DNA of 64,000 nucleotides, from the NCBI GenBank assembly GCA_949290785.1, contig CASETE010000012.1:431-64430 (forward strand), in the 5' to 3' direction. A program made the translations under genes and the position numbers. Positions 8,901 through 19,455 of this stretch are shown here, in pieces. Within the stretch, counting starts at the first letter, position 1. Every line of letters begins with the position of its first letter. The DNA is from an uncultured Pseudomonadota bacterium (lineage in GTDB: Bacteria; Pseudomonadota; Alphaproteobacteria; Rs-D84). The notes below the pieces were generated by a model. It was not told the origin of the DNA. It did not search any database and saw nothing but the letters and a program-made list of their open reading frames with translations.

Positions 8901-9932
8901 TTATTCCCCCTTCTTAAATAACAAGCAACAGTCCCCATACGAGAAAAATCTATATTTTTCATCCACCGCATGCGCGTATGCTTTCTTCATTTCATCAAGT
9001 CCTGCAAATGCAGACACCAACATAAACAACGTAGATTTCGGCAAATGAAAGTTCGTCAGTAATATATCAACTGCACCAAACTTATATCCCGGCGTAATGA
9101 ATATATTTGTACTGCGACAAATAGGCGCAATCCTTGCTTTTCTGTCTTGTTTCGGCAATATGCCATTATCCATTGCCGCACTTTCAAGCGTCCGCATAGA
9201 CGTAGTACCAACCGCAATTACACGTTTTGCATTATTTATTACATCCGCTTGTTGCGGCGTAATGCAACACCATTCACTGTGCATTTTATGTTGTGATAAA
9301 TCTTCCGTCTTTACAGGCATCCAAGTTCCTGCACCAACATGCAAAGTTATCTTTACAATCTTTGCGCCGCGGGCTTCTATTTCTTGCATTAACTCTGGCG
9401 TAAAGTGCAAACCCGCGGTTGGCGCAGCCATTGAACCGACTGGATCCGCATATACCGTTTGATAACGGTCACGGTCTTCGGTTTCTGCCGCACGTTTCAT
9501 ATATGGCGGCAGCGGCATTTTGCCAACTTTGTCTAGGACCGCAAAAACATTATCACATAAAAATTCCAGTTTCAGACCACTTTCATCATCTTTGTCCAGA
9601 ACTTTAACTTGCGTACCATCGTCCAAAGTTAAAACCGCATCAACGTTTATCTTGTTAAACTTTTTGCACAGTCCCCACCATACCTTATCACTTACGGCGG
9701 TGTGTAAAGTTATCTCGTGTCCAGAGGCATTAAACCGCGCAGGTATTACCTTGGAATTATTAAAAACGACAACGTCGCCAGGCTGTAAATAATCCAAAAA
9801 ATCACGAATATGTTTATCTGCAACGGCGGTTCCGTTCACAACAAGCATACGTGACGCATCACGGCGATGTAGCGGGTGCGACGCTATCAATTCTGTTGGT
9901 AATTCAAAATCAAAATCTGATGTGTGTAACAT
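8901..9932 (-). CDS. queA: S-adenosylmethionine:tRNA ribosyltransferase-isomerase
   Basis: Motifs FDFELPTELIASHP, PLPPYMKR, YQTVYA, APTAGLHFT and AVGTTSMRTLES are present. Confidence 0.95.
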   Translation of the reverse strand: MLHTSDFDFELPTELIASHPLHRRDASRMLVVNGTAVADKHIRDFLDYLQPGDVVVFNNSKVIPARFNASGHEITLHTAVSDKVWWGLCKKFNKINVDAVLTLDDGTQVKVLDKDDESGLKLEFLCDNVFAVLDKVGKMPLPPYMKRAAETEDRDRYQTVYADPVGSMAAPTAGLHFTPELMQEIEARGAKIVKITLHVGAGTWMPVKTEDLSQHKMHSEWCCITPQQADVINNAKRVIAVGTTSMRTLESAAMDNGILPKQDRKARIAPICRSTNIFITPGYKFGAVDILLTNFHLPKSTLFMLVSAFAGLDEMKKAYAHAVDEKYRFFSYGDCCLLFKKGE

Positions 9933-9936
9933 TAAT

Positions 9937-10359
9937 TTATCTTGTCTTTTGTCTTAGCGCATTTATTGCGCCTGATTTGGTACCACGTGCAAAATCATTA
10001 GCAATCTCGTCCAACGTCTTGCCATTTATTCCGCGAATTCTGGATATTTTGCCAAAAAAATGATGATTCTTGTAAACAGCATCATTACCAGAAATATTCA
10101 AAGCCAGCGTATCGTTTACTTTTATATTATTATAATATTCCATGCCTTTGGCGAACTTTTCAAACTCTATGACCGTTTTTGCATTGTCTTTTTTATCCAA
10201 AGATTTGACGATTATTTTGTTACCAGACTTTTTTTCTACGACACAATTATCAACCAAGATAAATTTATCGGATATATACATCAGTCCGCAACATAAACAC
10301 AAAACAAAAATCGTATACAATGCCCTTGTTACTAATACGTCTTCTACACGATGATTCAT
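9937..10359 (-). CDS. Hypothetical membrane-anchored protein
   Basis: One N-terminal TM (LYTIFVLCLCCGLMYI). The ORF overlaps the era stop by 4 nt. Confidence 0.6.
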   Translation of the reverse strand: MNHRVEDVLVTRALYTIFVLCLCCGLMYISDKFILVDNCVVEKKSGNKIIVKSLDKKDNAKTVIEFEKFAKGMEYYNNIKVNDTLALNISGNDAVYKNHHFFGKISRIRGINGKTLDEIANDFARGTKSGAINALRQKTR

Positions 10360-11252
10360 TTTTTAAACTCCAACCCTTGTTCCGCATAATTTTCGGCCTT
10401 ATTTTCCCAATCGGGCTCTACGCGAACAAACAAATGCAAGCGTGCGTTTACATCCCACTGCTCTTGTATATCACGCCGCGCGGCAGTACCTATTTTCTTT
10501 AACTGTGCACCACCACGACCTATTACTATCTTCTTATGAGCCTCGTTCTGAACGGCAATTTTTTGATATATATCCAAGACACCTTCGTCATCAACCTCTA
10601 CCCTTTCCGTCAAAACGTTTATATGATAAGGTAATTCTTGATGAACATACTTATATATCTTTTCACGCGTTAGTTCTGATAAATACAGTGCATCAGGAAC
10701 ATCTGACGCATCCTTAGTATCAAACAAATAAGGCGACTCTGGCATAACGGCAGCCAAAGAATCTAACATCTGTTGCACACCGTCGTTTTTTAACGCGGAA
10801 ATCATAAATATTTCTTTAAAGTCCACCATCTGTGATAATTCGGCCGCAATCGGTAATAAATCTTGCTTTCTTATGGCGTCTGCCTTGTTCAATGCAACAA
10901 ATAAATTCTGATTGCCTTTTATTTTTTCTATCAGATTACGAACCGTATCGGTAACACCCTTTTGCGCATCCAACACCAATAAAATGGCGTCTGCATCTGA
11001 TACCGCGTCCATTGCCGCCCCAACCATCGCCCTGTCTAAACGACGCGAAGGCTTAAACACCCCCGGCGTATCAACAAAAATTAATTGACGAGCACCCACC
11101 ATCTTGACCGCACGCAGTCGCGTACGCGTTGTTTGTACCTTGTGTGAAACGATAGATACCTTGCGCCCCATAATCCGGTTCATCAAAGTACTTTTACCTG
11201 CGTTGGTCGGACCAACGATTGCAATAAATCCTGAATATGTCTTGTCTGTCAT
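10356..11252 (-). CDS. era: GTPase Era
   Basis: G1 motif GPTNAGKST, G3 DTPG, G4 NKAD and a C-terminal KH domain (VIGRGGAQLKKIG). Start is set at the internal ATG 11252 (MTDKTYSGF). Confidence 0.95.
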   Translation of the reverse strand: MTDKTYSGFIAIVGPTNAGKSTLMNRIMGRKVSIVSHKVQTTRTRLRAVKMVGARQLIFVDTPGVFKPSRRLDRAMVGAAMDAVSDADAILLVLDAQKGVTDTVRNLIEKIKGNQNLFVALNKADAIRKQDLLPIAAELSQMVDFKEIFMISALKNDGVQQMLDSLAAVMPESPYLFDTKDASDVPDALYLSELTREKIYKYVHQELPYHINVLTERVEVDDEGVLDIYQKIAVQNEAHKKIVIGRGGAQLKKIGTAARRDIQEQWDVNARLHLFVRVEPDWENKAENYAEQGLEFKK

Positions 11253-11359
11253 ACCGAGTACCTTAGCACACCTAAACAAAAAGTGAATAAAAATCTTGCA
11301 AGTGCCGAATATTTTGATATTTATTACCAAGAAATATTTAATCAAATGCGGAGCAAATC

Positions 11360-12070
11360 ATGCAATTAACAGGTCCAAAAATCTTAGAAATTATGAACAA
11401 ACCAAATTATATGAACCCGGAATCAAAACCCGACATAATAATTAAACCATTTAACCGTAAATGCCTTGGCAGTAATAGTTATGACTTGCATCTGGCTGAT
11501 ACGCTTAAGGTCTATAAGCATACTTTACCCAAGGGTATGAAGCCTGCAATTCAATACAAAGGTAACCGCAGTAATCACAGCATGATGGACTGGTTTGAAT
11601 CATACGTATATTATGTTGACTATATTTTATGTCATCAAAACTATGACGCAATAAACCCACAATTTTTAATAGACCCATGCGAAGATGAATCTCATGAAAC
11701 AATTGATATAAAAATTCCTGAAACAGGACTTATTTTATCGCCAATGATTGGATACCTGGGGTCAACCGTTGAATACACAGAAACAAGAAATCTGTTCCCT
11801 TATATAGACGGCAAATCATCTATTGGACGCAACTTTATATTAAACCACCACACTGCTGGGCGCGGTGACGACGGCTTTTGCGGAACATGGACGCTGGAAA
11901 TTAAAACCCTGTACCCAACAGTCGTTTATCCGAACATGCGCATCGGTCAAATATATTACGAAACATTTTTGGGCACAAGAAAACCCTATGACAAAAACAA
12001 GGCTAGTCATTATAACGGTCAAATTGGACCAACAGCGGCGGCCAAAATACAAATTGAAAAGATACGATAA
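11360..12070 (+). CDS. dcd: dCTP deaminase / dUTPase-superfamily protein
   Basis: LGSNSYDLHL and GKSSIGR...GFCGTWTLEI...RIGQI are typical of dCTP deaminase. The protein is about 40 aa longer than usual because of an internal insert. Confidence 0.75.
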   Translation: MQLTGPKILEIMNKPNYMNPESKPDIIIKPFNRKCLGSNSYDLHLADTLKVYKHTLPKGMKPAIQYKGNRSNHSMMDWFESYVYYVDYILCHQNYDAINPQFLIDPCEDESHETIDIKIPETGLILSPMIGYLGSTVEYTETRNLFPYIDGKSSIGRNFILNHHTAGRGDDGFCGTWTLEIKTLYPTVVYPNMRIGQIYYETFLGTRKPYDKNKASHYNGQIGPTAAAKIQIEKIR

Positions 12071-12096
12071 AAAAACCGGTTTTACACCGGTTTTTT
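12071..12096. terminator. Bidirectional intrinsic terminator between dcd and bamD
   Basis: aaaaaccgg-ttttaca-ccggttttt forms a 9-bp stem with flanking A and T runs. Confidence 0.75.
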
Positions 12097-12850
12097 ATTT
12101 CTTTACTTCCCCAAATTCCGAAGATTTTTTAGACAATTTTTTCGTCCACTCGTTATCTGGGAAATTTAACTTTAACATTTCGGCATATCCCGTGGCCTGT
12201 TCTGTCAGACCAATGGCTTTATAACACTCGGTCAACCTAAACAACGCTTCGGGCGTCATAACAGTTTCTTGGGCACCAGAGACAACAGACTGCAACTTGG
12301 ATATCGCACTGGGCCAATTTTCTTTCTGCATATCAGAACGCGCCGAATACATTATCTTGCCCGCTATATAGTTTTTCAAAATGACTATTTTATTTTCTGC
12401 GTTCTTGGCATATTTAGACCGTGGAAACCTTTCAACCAATTGTTCAAACTGTTGCAAAGCGTACGCAGACATACCTGGTTCACGACGAACGTCACTTACC
12501 TGACGATAATAGCACATTCCGCGCAAGTATAATATATAAGGAACATCTTTGTGCCCCGGATGAAAACGCATAAACCTGTCTGCCGTTAACAGAGCCCCAG
12601 CAAAATCATCGTCCATATATTGCGAATACGCCGCCATAACCAACGCATCTGCCGCCCATGGACTGGAAGGATATTGACTTTCAGCCTTCAAAAACTCTGC
12701 GGCGGCGGTTTCATAATCTTCATCATTGAATTCCGCATACGCTGTTTCGTATATTTCTTTTAATGGCTTATCTGGTTCTATATCTTTACCACTGCCAGCG
12801 CAACCCGCTAAAACAGCAGTAACACCAAATGCGATAAATAATTTTTTCAT
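12095..12850 (-). CDS. bamD: Outer membrane protein assembly factor BamD (TPR lipoprotein)
   Basis: Lipobox LAGCAG, TPR-like repeats and typical BamD length and motifs (YPSSPWAADA, FPRSKYA). Confidence 0.85.
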   Translation of the reverse strand: MKKLFIAFGVTAVLAGCAGSGKDIEPDKPLKEIYETAYAEFNDEDYETAAAEFLKAESQYPSSPWAADALVMAAYSQYMDDDFAGALLTADRFMRFHPGHKDVPYILYLRGMCYYRQVSDVRREPGMSAYALQQFEQLVERFPRSKYAKNAENKIVILKNYIAGKIMYSARSDMQKENWPSAISKLQSVVSGAQETVMTPEALFRLTECYKAIGLTEQATGYAEMLKLNFPDNEWTKKLSKKSSEFGEVKK

Positions 12851-12903
12851 AGTTTTTATTCCTGCCTTGATTTTATGTCTTGAACATGAGTATAATCTAA
12901 ACT

Positions 12904-14373
12904 ATGAAACTAGGCAAACATATTTTCGGGGTTGGTGCAATGACAGGCATAAGTCGCGTATTCGGTTTCATCCGCGACATGCTGATTGCACGTGTATTAG
13001 GCGCAGGACGCCTGTCTGACATATTCTTAGCCGCTTTTAAGTTACCTAACCTATTTCGTGACTTGCTGGGCGAAGGGGCACTGTCTGCCATATTCATTCC
13101 TATGTACACAGACTTAAAGAAAGACGACTATTTTGCCAAAAACGTTTTTTCCTGGTTAATGACGATACTTTTGGGAATAACCGTTGTGTTTGAAATCTTA
13201 ATGCCAATAGTCGTATGGATTCTGGCACCCGGATTTTCAGAAGACCCTGGAAAACTAGAATTAACCATACTTATTTCCAGAATAATGTTCTTTTACGTAA
13301 TATTCGTTTGCGGCGCGGCATTCCTATCCGCAATACTAAACGCCTTTTCACGTTTCTTGTTGGCGGCTTTTATGCCTGTGCTGTTAAACATAATGTTAAT
13401 CGGCGCACTTTTGTTGTCTGCCTTCTTCGCATCTGACACCATTTTGTACATTATGGCTTTCACAGTGGTATTGTCCGGCATTATACAATTTGCAGTCTTG
13501 TGGAATAGAATTAGAAAAAAACATTTCGGACTATATTTAATTAAACCTAAATGGACGCCCGGAATTAAAAGTTTATTCAAAAGACTGGGAATAAGCATCG
13601 TCGGCAACGGTTTTTATCAAATAACCATAATCATAGGAACCTTGGTCGCCAGTTTCCAAAGCGGCGCTGTTTCTTGGCTTTATTATTCGGACCGCATTGT
13701 ACAACTACCTTTTGCAATGATTGGCTTGGCCGTCGGAACGGTTTTAATGTCTTCTATCTCTAATGCGCTGGCGGGAAAAAATATGCGTAGCGTATATATC
13801 CAGCAAAATTCTTCCATGCGTAAGTCTATGATGTTAATTATGCCTTGTCTTGTCGGGCTGTTCGTACTTGCCGAACCGATTATAAAGTATTTGTTTGAAT
13901 ACGGTGCATGGACCCCTCAATCCACACATGCGGTGGCAGTGGCGATAATGATTCAAGTATTTGTATTGCCGGCAATGATGATAAGCCAGATTTATAGCAA
14001 GACTTTGTATGCCAGCCAAGATGTCAGAACGCCCGTAAAAACAAGCATGATTTCACTGGGTGCTGCGTCCGTCATATATTTGGCGCTATTCCCTTTTGTC
14101 GGCTATCTAGCAATTCCTATTGGAGTCGTAATCAGCGGTTATTTAAAAAATTACTTGCTGGGGCGTGCATGCAGGCAGCGTGAATTATTTCACCTGAACA
14201 AAGGTACCTTGAAGTCTATCTTTGCCTTTTTACTGCTTTCTGTACTAATGGGCGCACTGTTATGGCAAGTAAATATTTCTAGCATATGGGTCTTGTTCAT
14301 TTCCATTGCGATGTTCGGCGTCATATATCTTCCGTTGGCTTACATTATTGATAAAAAAATATCATCAAAATAA
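12904..14373 (+). CDS. murJ: Lipid II flippase MurJ
   Basis: N-terminus GAMTGISRVFGFIRDMLIARVLGAG...FKLPNLFRDLLGEGALSAIFIP and a polytopic membrane profile. Confidence 0.9.
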   Translation: MKLGKHIFGVGAMTGISRVFGFIRDMLIARVLGAGRLSDIFLAAFKLPNLFRDLLGEGALSAIFIPMYTDLKKDDYFAKNVFSWLMTILLGITVVFEILMPIVVWILAPGFSEDPGKLELTILISRIMFFYVIFVCGAAFLSAILNAFSRFLLAAFMPVLLNIMLIGALLLSAFFASDTILYIMAFTVVLSGIIQFAVLWNRIRKKHFGLYLIKPKWTPGIKSLFKRLGISIVGNGFYQITIIIGTLVASFQSGAVSWLYYSDRIVQLPFAMIGLAVGTVLMSSISNALAGKNMRSVYIQQNSSMRKSMMLIMPCLVGLFVLAEPIIKYLFEYGAWTPQSTHAVAVAIMIQVFVLPAMMISQIYSKTLYASQDVRTPVKTSMISLGAASVIYLALFPFVGYLAIPIGVVISGYLKNYLLGRACRQRELFHLNKGTLKSIFAFLLLSVLMGALLWQVNISSIWVLFISIAMFGVIYLPLAYIIDKKISSK

Positions 14374-14431
14374 AGTTGAAAACAGACTTTTTATATGATA
14401 TTATTTAAAACAAGAATGTAAGGAGTCCCAA

Positions 14432-15346
14432 ATGAAAAAAATCGTTTCATTAGCAGTATTGACCGGTATCATTGCCGGTTGTAGCGACCTAAGTTCTACG
14501 GATACCAGCGCGGTAAACGGCTATGGTTCCGACGGCTTTGGCGAAGAAGTTCTTGTCACAACAGACAGCACAGGCACAAACGCGTCGTTAAACGATGCAT
14601 ATCTGCTGGCACCGGCACCGAAATACTATGTCGGCACCGCTTATAAAGTAGAAGACGTTCAATACATCCCTGTTGAAGATTTAACATATAATCAAACCGG
14701 CGTTGCGGGAATAATACCATCTGAATTAAACGGCACAAAAACAAGCAACGGTGAAATATTTGATGTAAACCAAATGGTTGCAACAAGTAAAACCTTGCCA
14801 CTGCCAACGATTGCACGCGTAACCAACCTTGATAACGGTCAGGCTGTTACAGTACGTGTAAACAACCGCGGTCCTTTTGTAAACACACGTATTATGGACT
14901 TGTCACCTGCAGCGGCACAAAAAATCGGCATGAACGGTCAGGCAAAGGTTCAAATCCAAGTATTAGCAAATGAATCTATGGCTGTTAAAAACGCAACGCT
15001 TGGCACAAGCGCACAACCACAACAAACTGTAACAGCACAACCCGTACAAACAGTTGAAACGACAACAGTTGTAACAACAACGCAGGCGCCTGTTGCAACA
15101 ACTGGGGGCGATTACAGTGTACAAGTTGCCGCGTTCTATGCTCAAGATAGTGCAAATGCATTGGCAGCAAAAATGCGCGCTTATGGAAATGCGGTTGTCG
15201 TTGAAGAAGGCGACATGTACAAAGTTCGCATTATTGACTTGGATGCAGCACAAGCACGTAGCGTAATTGATTCTTTACGCGCAAACGAAGGTATGGCACC
15301 AGGCTTGTTGCAAAACGGTCGTTGGATAAACGCCGACAGTATTTAA
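14432..15346 (+). CDS. rlpA: Septal ring lytic transglycosylase RlpA-family lipoprotein (DPBB + SPOR)
   Basis: Lipobox IAGCSD, DPBB core TSNGEIFD...ARVTNLDNGQAVTVRVNNRGPF, and C-terminal SPOR-like YSVQVAAF...ANALAAKM. Confidence 0.85.
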   Translation: MKKIVSLAVLTGIIAGCSDLSSTDTSAVNGYGSDGFGEEVLVTTDSTGTNASLNDAYLLAPAPKYYVGTAYKVEDVQYIPVEDLTYNQTGVAGIIPSELNGTKTSNGEIFDVNQMVATSKTLPLPTIARVTNLDNGQAVTVRVNNRGPFVNTRIMDLSPAAAQKIGMNGQAKVQIQVLANESMAVKNATLGTSAQPQQTVTAQPVQTVETTTVVTTTQAPVATTGGDYSVQVAAFYAQDSANALAAKMRAYGNAVVVEEGDMYKVRIIDLDAAQARSVIDSLRANEGMAPGLLQNGRWINADSI

Positions 15347-15372
15347 AAAAACGCCCTGCGGGGCGTTTTTTT
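15345..15372. terminator. Bidirectional intrinsic terminator after rlpA
   Basis: Sequence aaaaaaacgccc-tgcg-gggcgtttttttt. Confidence 0.8.
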
Positions 15373-15417
15373 TACTCTTGTTGATTTTTTGTTTTTTGTT
15401 TTTATAATTCTTCTGTT

Positions 15418-15789
15418 ATGAAAAAACTATCCGACGCAGACATTAACGATATGGCAAACACCGTCTTTAAACCTGATACAAATGTTGTCAAACAGGTAAG
15501 ATCTGAATTACGCCTATCAACAAGAATTCCACAAACAAAAACCGCACAATATACAGAACGCGCCGTTTTAGATTTACATCAATATACCCAAGAACAAGCA
15601 TGGGACGCCATTAATAACCTAATCCACAGCGGTATACGTAATGCAACGATAATCACTGGGGCCAGCGGAATTTTAAAAATAAAGTTTCAACAATGGGTCA
15701 AAGACAGCATTATATCTGCGTATTTCATATCTGTAACCCCCATTAACAATGGCAGTTTTTGTGTAAGACTAAAAAAGCCCGCTGATTAA
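15418..15789 (+). CDS. Smr domain protein
   Basis: LDLHQYTQEQAWDAINNLI...ATIITGASG matches the Smr pattern LDLHG..xxEA...IIHGKG. Confidence 0.7.
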   Translation: MKKLSDADINDMANTVFKPDTNVVKQVRSELRLSTRIPQTKTAQYTERAVLDLHQYTQEQAWDAINNLIHSGIRNATIITGASGILKIKFQQWVKDSIISAYFISVTPINNGSFCVRLKKPAD

Positions 15790-16616
15790 TTCCGTCCCAA
15801 CCATTTCATAGGATCAATATATTTATCATTATACTTAATAGAATAATGTAAATGTGCCCCATCTGCCATACCCGTCTTGCCGGTTTTTGCAATTTCACAA
15901 CCCGCAAATACCGTTTCACCCTGTTTAACCAATTGCTGACTTAAATGACAATAAATAGTTTTATATCCACTTGGGTGACGAATTCTTATACCATTGCCAC
16001 AATATTTGTCACTCCACACAGCCTCTACCACCCCATCCGCAGGCGTAAACACAGATGTTCCGGCAGGCACCCCAAAATCTATACCATAATGTTTTTTATA
16101 TTCCCCAGTTATTGGATGTTCTCTATAACCATAGGGAGATGTGATACGAGGTTTGCCTTTTAAAGGCTCACCCACGGGTTCCCTTTGACCGGCTGGTATA
16201 TCCGTTTTTACAGGGAAACATCTTGGTGTATAATTAACAACTACGTTAGGTTGCGTTGTTGCGGATTGTTGCGCTTGGACGTCTTCGGTTTGTTTGACAA
16301 AGCCACCGTCTTCACCGGTCTGATAACCTAAATCATACATATGCTGGCTGGCATCTTCTGTATTTTGCTCTGACCGTTGTATATCCTCTGCCAGCGTAAT
16401 CCCATAATATGCACATCCTGATATACAGCGTCCGCTGGCATCATACGTGGATTCTAGGACTTCAAAACCATCTGACAATAACTCAACACGTTGAACAAAC
16501 GTTAAATCCGCCGCAGTCTTTGGAAAAGATTGCGCTTGCAACAAACTGGAGCCATCTGCATAGCGCGCATAACATACAGATATCAATGCTAATAATATAC
16601 CGCTTGGATACTTCAT
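15786..16616 (-). CDS. M23 family metallopeptidase
   Basis: HYGIDFGVPAGTSVFTPADGVV...GAHLHYSI carries the HxxxD and HxH LytM motifs. A signal peptide is present. Confidence 0.85.
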   Translation of the reverse strand: MKYPSGILLALISVCYARYADGSSLLQAQSFPKTAADLTFVQRVELLSDGFEVLESTYDASGRCISGCAYYGITLAEDIQRSEQNTEDASQHMYDLGYQTGEDGGFVKQTEDVQAQQSATTQPNVVVNYTPRCFPVKTDIPAGQREPVGEPLKGKPRITSPYGYREHPITGEYKKHYGIDFGVPAGTSVFTPADGVVEAVWSDKYCGNGIRIRHPSGYKTIYCHLSQQLVKQGETVFAGCEIAKTGKTGMADGAHLHYSIKYNDKYIDPMKWLGRN

Positions 16617-16648
16617 AATAATTTAATTATAGCATATTTAATGCCAAA

Positions 16649-17797
16649 TTAAAAAATTATCTTCAGATTTAATTTTCCCGTATGCGCAATATATTCAGAA
16701 CGCAAGTCCAAATTATATGATATACCAGCAGAAAATGACGTTGCATATACGTTTATCCCCAGTCCTCCGTTAAATGCAGCCCGATGCGGAATTTCTATGG
16801 GAATGTCATAAACACTGTAATCAATTAACTGAACCGATATATTATCCGTACCGTTGCTGATAAAATCGTAACTGCCACCCATGTGCATGTCCGGACGAAT
16901 AATAAAATCACTGCCCTTGAAATCAAAGCCGACTTTAACGCCTGCGAACCCAGTTAAAAAGTTATACCACCAATCGTCAAATTCTTGGGACGCATTATCA
17001 ACATATTTATCTGAATATGTATATAAATATTTAACGCCAACTTGCGGAATTAAAGAAATGCGCCCACGATACATTAAAAAGCCGGTATTTACCTGCCCTG
17101 CAACAAAATCCGTGTCATAAGCACTGTTATCGGGCATCCCAGCAATTGTCTTGTCCATATTCCAACTGGTATGACCGCCGTTTAATCCGACGTTAACAAA
17201 GAAACCACTGTCCGCGACATATTCTGTAAACATTGTAATGCTGTTACTGGTGGCATCTGCATAGACCTTTGTATCTTGCGTATCTGTCATGCTGCGCGTA
17301 TAAGACACCCCCAGCTGCCAACCGTTTGATATAAAACCTTTGGCGCTGATATAAAAACCGGTATTTCGCGTATCAAAAGAACCGTTATTATCCGAGTCAA
17401 ATTCTGCAAAAGACCCAAAAACCTGACCGTCAATGCTTATCGTCTGATTTTGCACGTTGCAATTCATCAAATTCTTGACGCACTGATTTCTACGCGCCAT
17501 TATTGGCGAGTCTATAACAGAAAACGCCTGTGACACATGGTGGTTGATTTCAAACAAACCTATTGCACTGGTATTAAAGGCCAAAATAGAAACCGCATCC
17601 GATAACGCCAACGTGTTCGTGGTCTGTACATCACGAATATACGCGGCGATTTCACCGCCAACGCCAAGGTTTGCCAGCAAATTCTGCCACGCAGACGCCG
17701 CCTCTACTAAATAATCCGCCGGATATAAATTCTGTGCTTTTACTGCGCTTGGACAAACGCATAAACCTGTACAAAATATATATAAAATATTTTTCAT
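16649..17797 (-). CDS. Autotransporter beta-domain outer membrane protein
   Basis: Signal peptide ending VKA/QN. The C-terminal ~270 aa show alternating beta-strand pattern ending ...KLNLKIIF (terminal aromatic). Confidence 0.7.
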   Translation of the reverse strand: MKNILYIFCTGLCVCPSAVKAQNLYPADYLVEAASAWQNLLANLGVGGEIAAYIRDVQTTNTLALSDAVSILAFNTSAIGLFEINHHVSQAFSVIDSPIMARRNQCVKNLMNCNVQNQTISIDGQVFGSFAEFDSDNNGSFDTRNTGFYISAKGFISNGWQLGVSYTRSMTDTQDTKVYADATSNSITMFTEYVADSGFFVNVGLNGGHTSWNMDKTIAGMPDNSAYDTDFVAGQVNTGFLMYRGRISLIPQVGVKYLYTYSDKYVDNASQEFDDWWYNFLTGFAGVKVGFDFKGSDFIIRPDMHMGGSYDFISNGTDNISVQLIDYSVYDIPIEIPHRAAFNGGLGINVYATSFSAGISYNLDLRSEYIAHTGKLNLKIIF

Positions 17798-17862
17798 GAC
17801 TTGCCTTGTTTTTTATTTATAATAGAAAGCAAAGCAACAATTTTTAACAGGAACCATTTACT

Positions 17863-18792
17863 ATGAAACAAGTCAAAACCGTATACGACCACATTCGCAG
17901 CAACAATATTAAAACGACTATTTTAGTCATCTTATTTCCGCTGATATTCATCGCACTAATATTTTTATTTACTTGGATTGTTGTGCCCGCTGAACAAGCA
18001 TTAGAGACAACGATTCAAGTAGCGATACCTACTTTCATCGCTTGTGCTGTATGGTTATTGATATCTTGGGCATTTGGGGATTCAATGATGTTAAATTCCG
18101 CACACGCACACGAAATACACGACGACGACCCAAAGAATCGCGAAATCTTTCGCGCCGTTGAAAACGTATCTATCGCAGCCGGTTTGCCCTGTCCGAAAGT
18201 TTATATCATAGACGACGATTCAATGAACGCCTTTGCAACGGGACGCAGTCCAAAAGACGCTTCTGTTGCGCTGACACGCGGTATAATAAAAAAATTGGAC
18301 CGACTGGAACTGGAAGGCGTCATCGCACACGAAATGGCGCATATAGGTAACCGAGACATCAGATTAGATATGTTACTTATAACTGGCGTCGGTGTAACTG
18401 TATTTGCGGCCGATATGATTTTACGTATGGCGCTATACGGTAACAACGACCGCGACGACAATAAAAATAGCGCTGCCATTTTATTAATGGTATGGCTGGC
18501 GTTTATGGTATTTAATTGGATTGTCACCCCGATACTACGCATGGCAATATCCAGAAATCGCGAATACGCCGCCGACGCAACCGGCGCACATATCACAAGA
18601 AACCCAAAAGCTTTGGCGTCTGCCCTGCGCAAAATCACGACTGATTCACGCGTAGAATGCTTGGATAAAGTAAAATCTATGTCTGCGGTTTGTATTGCGT
18701 ATCCCGGCGGTCCCCGCGAATTCATCAGTTCTCTGATGGCAACGCACCCACCAGTAGAAGAAAGAATTAAAAGATTGGAATCAATGGCTTAA
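17863..18792 (+). CDS. htpX: Zinc metalloprotease HtpX (M48)
   Basis: HEMAHIGNRD (HExxH) motif, four TM segments and C-terminal ATHPPVEERI. Confidence 0.9.
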   Translation: MKQVKTVYDHIRSNNIKTTILVILFPLIFIALIFLFTWIVVPAEQALETTIQVAIPTFIACAVWLLISWAFGDSMMLNSAHAHEIHDDDPKNREIFRAVENVSIAAGLPCPKVYIIDDDSMNAFATGRSPKDASVALTRGIIKKLDRLELEGVIAHEMAHIGNRDIRLDMLLITGVGVTVFAADMILRMALYGNNDRDDNKNSAAILLMVWLAFMVFNWIVTPILRMAISRNREYAADATGAHITRNPKALASALRKITTDSRVECLDKVKSMSAVCIAYPGGPREFISSLMATHPPVEERIKRLESMA

Positions 18793-18807
18793 TAAGGGGT
18801 ATATATC

Positions 18808-19398
18808 ATGGCAAACCTTCATTTTCATTACGGCGCTATGGGTTCATCAAAATCCGCGCGCCTGATAATAACTGCGTATAACTTTGTACGAAACAATACG
18901 CCAACCGAAGTTATAAAGCCGCAATTTGACTCCAGATTTTCATCAGACAAAATCGTTTCACGAATTGGCATAGAAACCCCCGCGTTATCTTTACAAAACC
19001 TGCATGGCTTTGTTCCAAAACCAGACACAAAAGTCGTATTGGTTGACGAAGTTCAGTTCTTTTCACCGGCTGACATAGACATTTTGGTAAACATTGCGGA
19101 CGCCAAGAACATTATTGTTATGTGTTATGGTTTAATGGTGGATAGTAACGAAACTTTATTTCCTGCGTCAAAGCGCTTGATAGAAGTTGGTGCAAAATTG
19201 CACTTTATGGAATCAAACTGTCAAATGCCTGGTTGTATGGAACTGGCGACGCATCACCTACGTTTTGACAAGAACGGCAATGTAGTTCGGGCGGGTGAAC
19301 AATTTGAACTTGGCGACAGTAATTTCAAGTCAGTTTGTCGTCAGCATTTTAATATGCTTTATCACAAATCTGGCAAAGGCGAAAAAGGCGGCAGATAA
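18808..19398 (+). CDS. tdk: Thymidine kinase
   Basis: P-loop GAMGSSKS, motif VLVDEVQFF and a zinc ribbon C...C...CRQH. Confidence 0.9.
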   Translation: MANLHFHYGAMGSSKSARLIITAYNFVRNNTPTEVIKPQFDSRFSSDKIVSRIGIETPALSLQNLHGFVPKPDTKVVLVDEVQFFSPADIDILVNIADAKNIIVMCYGLMVDSNETLFPASKRLIEVGAKLHFMESNCQMPGCMELATHHLRFDKNGNVVRAGEQFELGDSNFKSVCRQHFNMLYHKSGKGEKGGR

Positions 19399-19455
19399 AA
19401 AAAGCAATATTTTTACTTGCAATCCGTATAAAAACTTATAAAATATAAAACTGTT

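Noticed and set aside
10356-11345. N-terminal extensions of track ORFs: era to 11345, lysS to 4845, cold-shock protein to 1786, groES from 36987, HIT protein to 36983, recombinase from 55357, DUF378 protein to 56325, A1 to 26260, A2 to 26633
   Set aside because: In each case an internal ATG preceded by a Shine-Dalgarno-like sequence gives the canonical N-terminus (P-loop, CSD start, signal peptide and so on). The upstream extension is hydrophobic or odd sequence, or overlaps the neighbouring gene.
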